From: Azolla caroliniana
Taxonomy: Eukaryota > Plantae > Polypodiophyta
Length of the DNA: 64,000 nt
Assembly (NCBI GenBank): GCA_043228905.1
Contig: JBHGNT010000002.1
Span: 3,038,001-3,102,000 of the forward strand
Direction of reading: 5' to 3'
Shown here: positions 46,646 through 57,155 of the stretch, piece by piece
Numbering within the stretch: the stretch's first letter is position 1
Layout of the letters: each line of letters starts with the position of its first letter
Translations under genes and position numbers: made by a program
Notes under the pieces: model-generated
What the model was told of the DNA's origin: nothing
The model's input: the letters and a program-made list of their open reading frames with translations, nothing else
Database searches by the model: none

Positions 46646-49600
46646 TCAACTTTGCCCGACTTCGTCTTCCACTTCGAGCAAGCTCGTCCTTCCACATGGA
46701 CCACCGTAGCCTCCCGGTCCACCATACCCGCCGTATGCTCTCGAACCGTCGGCTCCATCCGATCCACCATACTCAACGGAGTTGGTCGAACCAATGTCTC
46801 CGCCCGATCTGCCAGCCCGATCTTCACACAACTCTCTTCGGCTTCCTTCATTTTCCGCCTGCGACCTTGGGCCGAATCCTCGTTCTTCCCGTCTGTTTGC
46901 CGGATATTGCACCATGTGCTCTTCGTCCACGCTTGTTTCACCTCGGTTGCTTCCTCGACTCGGCACTATCACGCGCCAAAACTTCGTCGTCGATCATCCT
47001 CGTGCTCGTCGCTCTGCCCTTACGCAGCCACATCGCACGTCTCGCACTCCGCTCCGCTCTGCGTACCCCTTTGAAAAGGTACGTTGCTTCCCCGACATCC
47101 GTGTCGGTGCTCTTGTCTTCGATGTCCTCCGCAACATCCGATGTTGCCGCTTCGCCCCGAGGTACACCCTCTTGGTCCGCCTCGTATGTCCTCCGGATGT
47201 CCTCCGGATGTCCTCCGGATGTCCTCCGGATGCGCTCCCGATCTCTCCGATCGCACTCCGGATTCCACCCTTTGCGTGCTGCGTATGTTCCTCCTTTGGT
47301 TTTATCGTCTCCGCATGCCGAACACCTCGGCATGTCGACTCTTCCTGCTCCGCACTTGCCTTCCGTAGGCTCTTCCCGTGCGCCGATGTTGTCCCCCGAA
47401 TATGCGCTTATTCTTTGGCCCTTAGGCGACCCCATTCCGCGTTCCTTGCTTCTCCTTTGCCCGTCGTGCTCTCTCGCCGTAGAGCGTACCGTCATCCTAA
47501 CCTCCGTGTCGGTGTCCCTCGAGGCTCTCGTTACTGCCTCGCCTCGACTTGCGCCCTCTTGGCCTGCTTGGCCTTGCATACCCTTCGGGAAGCCGCCACG
47601 TTTTCTCTACCCGGTGTGTACCCCGTTGTTCTCCGTGCACCATCCTTCGCTCTTGCCGCCCATCCGCCGATCCTGGCATCTCGCCGCTTCGTCTCTCACG
47701 ACGCTTTTGCCTCTCAAATGTTCGACCAGACCGCTATCACTGGTCACTCGTTGTGGCTCTTCCGAATACATGCTCATTTGTTGGCCCTCGAGTGGATGTA
47801 GAGCATGCTCCGTTTTACGCCGTAGTGCATACTTCGTATTACGCGCCTGATCCGCCGTAGACCCGACCTCCGCGTCGGTCTCTTCGTCCTTTGTTGCCGT
47901 AGCCCCTTCCGACTCCAGCTTGCCGTCTTGGCCATGCTCGTTTGTCTTCACGCACCGGGTACACGTTTCGGTAGCCTCGTCCATTCCGGTCTCCGACTCC
48001 TTGCCGCCACCCGCCGTCTCTCCAGTCTTATGTTGATCCGCAACCGCCGAAGTCTCTAGAATAGGCGGGGAGGGTCCCTCTTGCTCTCGGCCTCTCACTG
48101 ATCCATACTCGTCGTGCCCGGTTAGCCTCCTTCTCGCTCTCATCGACTCCCATCGTAACCGTAACCGGCCGGTAAGGAGTCGATCAAACAATCCCGTTCT
48201 TGCCGGCTTCTTTCGGTTTGGGCCCGATTGACCGGCCCCCGCTTCACTCTTCTTCCGCTTCGTCTTCAGGTCTAGTCGGTTCCCGACTCTCTCCTCTTTG
48301 TCGCTCCCAACCTCTGCATCGGTCCTCTTGTATATGCCCGTTCCAGGCCTCGCATCCTCATCTTCGTACATGTTTGCTCTGGGCCACGCCTCCTCACGGC
48401 CACCGTCCTTCTCTCCGATCTTATGTTGATCCGCAACCACTGTAGTCTCCGGCCCCGGTGTCGAGGGGTCTTGCCTCCGTCCGCTACAATCCTCGTCGTC
48501 GTCTCGGTTGCCCGCCTTGCCGCTGCCACCACCCGTCGCTTTAGGTCTCACGCCGGCACTCGGGCCGACCGTCGGAGCCTCTATGACCGGTGTGGGTAAG
48601 GACCCGGCACCGCCGCTCGTTGTGTCCGTAGCCGCCTCCGTCCGAACGTCGTTGTTCGCGGCTACCCCGCCTCCGATCGTGCAAGCCTCGATTACGCTTG
48701 CCGCCGTCTCTTCCATGTCGTCGTCTCGGTTGCCCGCCTTGCCGCCTTGCCGCCTGTCTCTCTAGGTCTGATGCTGGCACTCGGGCCGACTGCCGGAGCC
48801 TCTAGGATCAGTGTGTGTAAGGTCGTGGCACCGCCGCTTGTCTTCTCCCCACTCGATGTTTCGGGCTGCCATGTCTCGAATCCGTAGTTACCGGCCTCCA
48901 TGGGCGTCCCTTCACCGCAAGGCAAGAGGGTCGCTTGCTCTGCACCCTCTCCCATGTCGCTGTCGTACGCTCTCCCGGCCTCCGTATAGGCCCTGCCCTG
49001 TCTTCTACGCTTAGGGAGGCTTCTTCCTCCGCATCCTTCGATCGCCTCCAACCCGACTCCATAATAAGACCTTCTTCGGCTTCGATTTTCGCCTTCACAA
49101 GCTCGCATGCCTCCCGTATTAGCACTTCTAGGTCGAGCTCCTCCGAACCGTTTTGCGTTGAGCCCTCTTTCGGCGGTAGTGCGTAGTCACTCGCCGCTCT
49201 CTCTTTTCTGCCGCTCACGGGCTGTGTTGTGGCCAACCGCCTCGCATCATGTTGCCGGCACACCCATTCCACCTCGGACCACTCCTCAGTGAGACCGTGT
49301 GCTCCATAATCATCTTGAAGCTCAAATAAGATGTCCATCCTCTCCTCTTGATGGATCTTCTTCAAAAATAGGAGGACTTTGTCCGCCCCCACCGATCTCC
49401 GATCTCGCTTCGAGAGTTGAGAGAAATGGCGCTCGAACTCTCGGAAAGCATCCATCGCACTCGGATGGCGCCCCATCGATGCTAGCCATCGATCGAACTC
49501 ATGTCAACCTCTTCCTTCCGGTTCCGCGTACCCGTACGCCTCCAATAGAGCTCCCTCAAAGGACTCCCACGATTCGTGAGCTTCTCGGAGGTCCTGGACC

Positions 49601-49854
49601 TCTTCGTACCTTGATACGGCCGCCACTCGACAAAAAAAATCTAGCCTTGTCGCTTCGTCCACACCCAGCTCCGTCATCTCGGCATTGTAAGCTCTCCAAA
49701 AACTTGGGACCTCATTCCCATTGAACCGGCCGACTCGATCGACCACCCTTTCGACGACTTGTTGAGCCGCATCTCGCTTTGCCATCTTCCATCCGGCTTC
49801 CATCACAATCTTTGCCATCATCTCCTCGAAGTCGAAGTCTTCTTCCATCTCCAT
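46646..49854 (-). pseudogene. gag: G gag (capsid-like N-terminus plus long charged/disordered repetitive tail), with stops and frameshifts
   Basis: VGRFNGNEVPSFWRAYNAEM and FREFERHFSQLS...DKVLLFLK...GLTEEW align with H/I Gag. No knuckle, PR, RT or IN motif lies downstream. The 3' end of the ORF is approximate. Confidence 0.72.
47186..47232 (+). repeat. 11-bp tandem repeat (ATGTCCTCCGG x4)
   Basis: Seen directly in the sequence. Confidence 0.9.
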
Positions 49855-51346
49855 GCTCCCTTGCTACCTCTTCACGTCGGGTTCACCAAATATGTCGCGA
49901 TATTTTGCGAGCGCGTGTAGGATCCGAGGCGGGACCACGAGGGTCTTGGACTAGGGAGTGGAGGAAGAAGAATGAGACGAGAAATGGAAGCTTAACACAG
50001 GATGAGAAGATGAAGAGGAGCACATAAGCATAGACCAAAATAGATGGAAAAAAACAAGCGAATGATTACAACAATGGTGGCCACATAGGCCACACCAAAC
50101 GATATAAGGAAACCCTAACAGACTAAGTAAGAAGAAGATGAATAAGAAACTCTAACCCTAAAATGATAAGAAGAGGAATTCTAGAACTATGTGGTATACC
50201 TCACTCACACTAAAAAATAGGCAACCCTTTCAATGGTGCCCCTTCCTCTCCTTTTATAGCATAAAGACAGGAAGCCATTACAAAAGGGAGAGACTAAATA
50301 CCCCCTTCATTCAATGGGGATATTTTCTTGGATTCTTAGAGGAGGGATTGATTGGACCCTAACTCCCACTCCTCACATATACTATTGTGCCCCTTACCCA
50401 CCTCATACTCCTATGTACCTCTCTCTCTCTCATGTGGATGTGCACATAAGTGCGCATCACATTTATACTTTAGGAATCTTGTGGTGCATTTCACGCGGTA
50501 TCCTCCATCCGAGGAGCACTCGTGATGGCCCGCTTGGCCTCCGTCGACCTTCATGTCGTCCCGGTTCTTGTCACGCGCTAATCTCCATCGCCTTCGTCCC
50601 CTCGCCGTCACCTACCTTCGCCTTGGTCTTACGCTGCCACGACGGCCGAACTGCCAAGGTCTCTGGAACCAGTGTGGAGGATCCCTCTCTAGTCTTCTAC
50701 GCGAGATCACCTGAACCGGCAACCTATCTTCCCGCCGGTGTTCTCGCTCTAGCACCTCCGTGTGCCACACATTCCCCTTGTCGTGTTCGGCTCCGCCCAT
50801 GCCGACCCCCGGATTCGTCTTATGCATGCGTCGTCGGCCCTCGCCCGGCTAGATCGTGCATCGCCACTTCTCCGCATCCGAGGAACACCCCGTAGTAGCC
50901 CGCTTGGCCACTTTCGTCTTGCACTGCTGCCACCGGTTTGGAGCCTTCCGCTTGCCGTCATCCCCTCCCCCACACCAACTTGTTATCTCGGGTTTGGCCG
51001 GACACGCCAGTCGTTGCCACTCCGACTGAGCCGCTGAGATCTCCGAAGCGGGTGTGGAGGATCCTTCTCCAACCTTTGATCTTGTTCCTGGTTCCATCCC
51101 GCATAGTCTGTTTACGCGTGTGCGTTGTCACGTTGTTACGCGCGTGCATGTAGAAAGGGCGGGACCAGGGGGGTCGAATGAGGGAGAAAAGGGATGCCAA
51201 GAAAACTGAGTCCGGACATGTTCCAGAGGCTACCGAACACGAGAGAGAGAGAGAGAGAGAGCTTGTGCGCAACACCGACTCCAATGTACAAAAACAAAGG
51301 GGGTAGAAAAACTCGACAACATCAGAGACGCGAGTGTGCACAACCA

Positions 51347-51349
<3 letters not shown>

Positions 51350-51377
<28 letters not shown>

Positions 51378-51401
51378 CTATATATATATATATATATATA
51401 T
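51350..51401. repeat. (TA)n microsatellite in the J LTR
   Basis: About 25 TA units here, against about 6 in the other LTR (63571-63583). Confidence 0.9.
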
Positions 51402-52134
51402 TACAAGAAGAAGATACAACCTTGGCTTCGAGTCGGACCTAGGAAGCTCAGGATACAACAGTTGTCTACTGCCAAGCCGTCGGTCAGGGAGCTCTCGGGC
51501 TTGTTTCACCAAGCGAGGTCTTGCGTAGGAGACAGGGCCGAAACAGAACCGCTAGATGCCAAGCCTCGCTCACCCCAAAACGACGAAGAAGAAGCAGAAC
51601 TAGATGAAACCCTAGGCAAGAGAAAATAAAGAAAATAACTTACTTCGAACCTAACGGTATACCCTCCTATCTCAAAATGGGCAACCCCTCTACAAGGGAC
51701 CCTCCCTTCCTTTTATAGAGCAAGGAGAGGGACGCGTTACAATGTGGGATAAATCCCGACTTACATGGGATTCTCTGTCCCAACTTAACTCCTATTATTC
51801 ACACGTTTTTACAAGGGTAAGTGCACATGGTGCACTCCGCCGATTCTTTCGATATTCTCTGGTTTCTCACCATGGCCCGGAGTCTTCACGACATCCACCC
51901 CCACCAAACCGCACGTCCACCGGTACGTGCCAAGTTCGGAGAAGGGTGAGAGATTCCAGCCGGTGCGGAACCAGTCTTCCGCGACCCGCATCCCGGCTTG
52001 CCGCGTTGACCGCTGCCGGTTTGAACCGTCGGCTCCAGTTTATCCTTCGCGCTTGCCTCTCTATAGGCTCGTTCGACCTGTTAATAGGTCGTTCGCCGCG
52101 AACCCGTACTATGCATGCCTTGTTGTTGGCCCTT

Positions 52135-53104
52135 CACTTGGTCGTATGCACGCTCCGCTCTCCGCTGTACGCTTCGTGTTCTACGCTTGAGGAACACTCG
52201 TAGTGGCCCGCTTGGCCACTTCGTCTTGCGCTACTGCCACCGGTTTGGAGCGTTCTGTTTGCTGTCGTCCCCTCGCCCCCATCAACTTGTCATCCCGGGT
52301 TTGGCACGCTACGCCAGACGTTGCCACTCCGAATGAGCCGCCGAGATCTCCCAAGCTGATGTGGAGGATCCTCCTCCGGACCTTGATATTGCCTCTCGTC
52401 TTCAACCGTGCAGCTTGTATCGCGCCCTCGTCCGCGTTCTCGGCATCATTGTGTGGCGTCTTCCGCTGTTCTTGTTTGGCATCGCCCGTGGCGAACGCCG
52501 TCCCGTACTCGTGCTTCAAACCGGTCCTCAATGGCCACATGCACGTCTCTCGATCCGCTCCCAAGTGTGCCTTTCCGGCTTGGCACACCACCCCATTGCT
52601 TACCCTTACCGGTTCCCCTTCGCTTGGTCGTATGCACGCTCCGCTCTCCGCTGTACGCTTCGTGTTCTACGCTTGAGGAACACCCGTAGTGGCCCGCTTG
52701 GCCACTTCGTCTTGCACTACTGCCACAAGTTTGGAGCGTTCTGTTTGCCGTTGTCCCCTTGCCCCCATCAGTTTGTCATCCCAGGTTTGGCACGCTACGC
52801 CAGTCGTTGCCACTCCGAATGAGCTGCCGAGATCTCCCAAGAAGATGTGGAGGATCCTCCTCCAGACCTTGATATTGCCTCTCGTCTTCAACCGTGCAGC
52901 TTGTAGCGCACCCTCGTCCGCGTTCTCGGCATCATTGTGTGGCGTCTTCCGCTTTCCTTGTTTGGCACCGCCCGTGCCGAACGCCGTCCCGTACTCGTGC
53001 TTCAAACCGGTCCTCAATGGCCACATGCACGTCTCTCGATCCGCTCCCAGGTGTGCCTTTCCGGCTTGGCACACCGCCGCATTGCTTACCCTTACTGGTT
53101 CCTT
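52135..53104. repeat. 486-bp tandem duplication in the J interior
   Basis: CRCTTGGTCGTATGCACGCTCC occurs at 52135 and 52621; the period of 486 bp equals 162 codons. Confidence 0.9.
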
Positions 53105-55766
53105 CCGAAATCGTAACCGGCCGGTAAGGGTTCGCCCTTCTTCAATTCGAGTCTTGCCGTCTCCCGTCTCACCGGTTCCCAATCCGCTCTTTCGTGTGAC
53201 CGGGTCCCGTTCAGCTACCACCACCATCCTTCTTACTCGATGTCACGTTGCCATGTCAGTTTGAACTGCCGGTGTGTCTGGATTGGTGTGAGGATCGCCG
53301 TAGGATCGCCCTTCTGCACTTCCTGCATTGTCAGTTCCTGTTTCCCGCGGCCACCATCCTTCACACTCGGGCTCACGTTGCTATATCGGCTCGAATTGCC
53401 GGTGTCTCCGGATTTATGTGAGGATGGCGGTAGGACCGGTCTTTGTTCCTCCTCTTTCCATCGGCCTTGTCGGAAGGTCCAACTGTGGTTTGTGGCCATC
53501 TCGCCGGCCTGATACCTCCTTGCCGCTCTGCCTTCGTCATCTGATCACATTCACTTGCCGCCACCAATCTCTCCTATAGGACTCACGCCGGCAATCGGGC
53601 CGACCGCCGAATCGGTGTGAGGATCTTCGTGGGACCTCTCCCTTTGTTATCAGTTTCCCGCCTTGCCGCTGCCATCGTTCCTTACTCTAGGTCTCACGCC
53701 GGCTCTCGAGCTGACTGTCGGAGTGTCTAGAACCGGTGTGTGTAAGGTCGCGGCAACACTGCTTGCCGTTTTCTCTTGCCGTAGTCCGACCTCTGTGTCG
53801 CCCTTTTTGGGTGGTCACGTTCACCTGCCACCACTGATATCTCCTATTGGACTCACACCGGCACTCGGGCTGACCGCCGGATCGGTATGAGGATCTCCGC
53901 AAACCGCCCATCCTTTCCCTTCGCCTTCGTCCCCTCGCCGCCACCGTTCATCACTCTAGGTCTCACGCCAGCTCTCAGGCCGACCGCCAGAGTCTCTAGA
54001 ACCGGTGTGAAGGATCCTCCTCAGGCCCTCTATATACTGGACTCTTATCTCGGGTCATCCTTCTCCACAAGTTGAGAGGGTGGCTTTCTCCACACCCTCT
54101 CCCATGGTACCAACGTACCGTGTCCCCCGGCCTCTTTGTAGGCCTACTCTCTCCTCTCTTCTGGATCGGTTATCCGGAAGTTTGGTCTGCCCGGTTCTCG
54201 TCCGGGTCCGTCCTTCATTCTCTGGATTGTCGGGCCCGTCCTCCTGCCGCCACCGTCAGTATCTTGGTCTTACGTCGGATCCATTGCTGACCGCCGGTTT
54301 CGTCCTATGCACGCGTCGTTGGCCCTCGCCTGGCCAAATCGTGCATCGTCGCTTCTCCGCATACTGGTGTCCTCCGCATCCGAGGAACACCCCGTAGTAG
54401 CTTGCTTGGCCACTTTCGTCTTGTGCTACTACCACTGGTTTGGAGCCTTCCGCTTGCCGTTGTCCCCTCACCCCCACCAGCTTGTTATCTCGGGTTTGTT
54501 ACGCCACGCCAGTCGTTGCCACTCCGGCAGAGCCGCTGAGATCTCCGAAGCGGGCATGGAGGATCCTTCTTCGGCCCTCGATCTTGTTTCCGGTCTCCAT
54601 CCCGCATAGTCAGTTTACGTGCACATGTGTTATTGTTCCCGGCACCTCCAGGTGCCGTCTTTCACCTTCCTTGTTCGGCACAGCTTGTGCCGAACACCAT
54701 TCCATAGTCGTGCTTCATTTTGGCCCTTGATGGCCACACACACATCTTCTAATCCGCTTTTGGGTGTACCCTTCCCGATCCGGCACACTACTCCTTAACC
54801 GGGAGTCCCCGACAGCTTGCCGGAAGATCACCCTTGCTGCGTCCCCGGCCCGCATGGCTTCCTTCATTTACGTAATGCCTTGGATGGTCGGTGCTTCTGC
54901 TGTTGCCGCCTTCGTCCCCTTGCCGCCACCCCATTACCCTCGGTCTCACCTCGCCACGTCGGCCGAACAACCGAGGTCTCCTACCGGGTGTGAAGGATCC
55001 TTCTCGGGCCTCCATTTTGTTGGGTCACCGACTCTCGTACCAAGCATGTCCGATCTTTGTCTCGCCGACTCTCCCGGTCGGGTCCATATCTGGTTCGTGG
55101 CCGCCTCGCTAGCCTCATACCTCTTTTTGCTCTACTTTCCGTCGTCCTATCACGTTCTCCTGTGCCACCATTCTTCCTATAGGGCTCACGCCGGGACTCG
55201 GGCCGACCGCCAGATCGGTGTGAGGATCTCCATAGGACCTCCCCCTTTCATAGTCGTTTGCCTTCGTCCCCTAGCCGCCACCGTTCGTCACTCTAGGTCT
55301 CACACCGGCTTTCGGGCCGACCGGCGGAGTCTCTAGAACTGGTGTGAAGGATCCTCCTCGGGCTCGTCGTATCTTCGACCCTTATCCTAGGCCACCGACC
55401 CTTTTAGTGGTGTCAGTGGATAGCATCCGCTCTGTGATCAACCAAGCCCCACCTGGGCTTGATTCTCCAATGTCCGGAGTTTCGGCTCCAATGTCAATCC
55501 CGCCGAACCCGTTCCGAACCCTTGATCACCTTCCTTTCGATTCCCGACCTTCGCCTGGTTGGTCTTTCTCCCCATGTAAACGAGGGCGGCTCATTCCGCA
55601 CCCTCTCCCGTATCGGCACCTTCATGCCGATTCTAGCCCTGGTCGAACAATCCACGACCGGATCACGGTCCATCCGAATTGGAGCGCCGCGCAGTTCGGT
55701 CCCCGGTTGGGTCATTTCTTGGTCTCTTCGTCAACCTCCTCGCGGGCCACATGGGCGTAAGGGCCT

Positions 55767-56588
55767 TGTTGGGAGATAGGTCCCTCCGGATGGGAAAGGA
55801 GTAGAACAGTGTTGATGAACAAACTCGGCCGAGGCCGAAACCGTATGACGAGTACCCGGCCACGGAGAGCCGGATGGTGCAGACCCGGTGAAGACTGGAT
55901 GAGGAGTACCCGGCTACGGAGAGCCGGATGGTGCAGACCCGGTGAAGACCGAATGAGGAGTACCCGGCTACGGAGAGCCGGATGGTGCAGACCTGGTGAG
56001 AACCGGATGAGGAGTACCCGGTTACGGAGAGCCGGATGGTGCAGACCCGGTGAGAACCGGATAAGGAGTACCCGGTTACGGAGAGCCAGATGGTGTAGAC
56101 CCGGTGAGGAATGCTCACCGGATGAAGAGACATATTCGTAAATATGTTTTTGAGAGTCCATCGGGGCTATATTTGGAAATAGCCGAAAATTCATATTAGT
56201 ATAAATATGACTTAGGGCAAACTTTTTTTGTTTACTGTGTGGTTATTGTTATTCTTGTTGGCGCAAGGAGAGAGAGAGCGCGGAACTGTGCACAGAGAGA
56301 GAGAGAGAGAGAGAGAAAGAGGTCGTTGCCTCTGTTGTAACCGCCGCCTGTGGCGAGGATCGTGAGCACGAGGTCGTTGCCTCCGTGAACTCACTGTTGT
56401 ACATTCTAGCATAGTGATAGTTTGCAGTCTGTGGGCTGCCGTGGTTTTTCCCTTAGTTTGGGTTTTCCACGTAAACATCCTGTGTACACTTCTCTTCTTT
56501 GTGTTGTTCATTATTTCCCATTTCTGTGTATGATTCTAAGCTCGGTTGTGGCTGAGCGTTGCATATAGGGAGCGTGCAGTTCCCGTCA
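55767..56588 (+). mobile_element. Solo LTR L (copia-type) inserted in J
   Basis: TGTTGGGA...TCCCGTCA with flanks GGCCT/GGCTT. Contains TATAAATA near 56200, (GA)n and the copia-like U5 motif GCCGTGGTTTTTCCC...GGGTTTTCCACGTAAA. Removing it rejoins the J frame apart from one TGA. Confidence 0.65.
55845..56108 (+). repeat. 54-bp tandem repeat x5 in the U3 of L
   Basis: GAGTACCCGGYTACGGAGAGCCGGATGGTGCAGACCCGGTGAGAACCGGATGAG units without spacers. Confidence 0.92.
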
Positions 56589-57155
56589 GGCTTGAATGCC
56601 GAGTTCACCGGAATTGGTCCCGAGGGGTCTTGTTCGTTCCGTCCTCGTATCGTCTCGCCAGTGATTCTCGGTCTTACGCCTCCGCCTTCCTCCTCTTGGG
56701 ACTCACGTGGGCACTCGGGCCCGGCTGCCATCGTCTCGGGAGAAAGTGTGGGAAGACGCGAAGAATCGCCCGTCCGTTTTATGCCCTTGTCTGTAGCCAC
56801 CGGCTGCTCATGGTCGGTGGTCGTCCCCTTACCAATCGCGCAAGCCCCGCCTGGGCTTGCTTCTCCAATGTCCGGAGTTTCGGGCTGACGTGCCCGAAAC
56901 CGCCGGTCCCAACGTTCCGATCCTGCGATCGGTATCTCGGCCTCGTCCTCGGCCGTTTTATCTCTGCTAGTCGAGAGGGCATTTTGTTCCGCACCCTCTT
57001 TCGTGGTACCGCCGTACTGATCTTTTGCCAACTTGTGGGGCAAGTCCGTCTCCTCAACGTCGGCTTGTGCCCTCGATCTTTCCTCTTCCTCGAGCATTGC
57101 CTCGAGAGCTGCATACACCTCTACAATCCTGGCTCCAAAGTCGAGCCTTGCCGAC

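Larger units (their letters stand above)
45806..50492 (-). mobile_element. Gag-only LTR element G (non-autonomous, tRNA-Trp PBS); outer end of the 5' LTR deleted
   Basis: 3' LTR at 45806-46546, 5' LTR at 49893-50492 (truncated), PBS at 49872-49888, PPT from 46547. The 3.3-kb interior has only a capsid-like gag and a low-complexity tail. Confidence 0.88.
45155..51125 (-). mobile_element. Element F (J-like, no pol seen): 3' LTR at 45155-45724 and internal pieces at 45725-45805 and 50493-51125
   Basis: The LTR ends TCTTCACGACA, followed by a PPT and an 80-bp 3' region matching J (51894-51975). The 50493-51125 segment matches J internal repeats. Confidence 0.72.

Noticed and set aside
46252-47850. 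532-aa plus-strand ORF, and the overlapping 339-aa ORF
   Set aside because: It starts inside the G LTR, crosses the PPT and is antisense to the GC-rich Gag tail. It has no domain-like composition and is best explained as a shadow ORF.
55845-56108. Regular 54-bp array as a possible CRISPR, or the repeat protein ORFs 55809-56141 and 55712-56194
   Set aside because: The units are contiguous with no unique spacers and no cas genes, and they lie in the U3 of a solo LTR. The ORFs arise because 54 is a multiple of 3.
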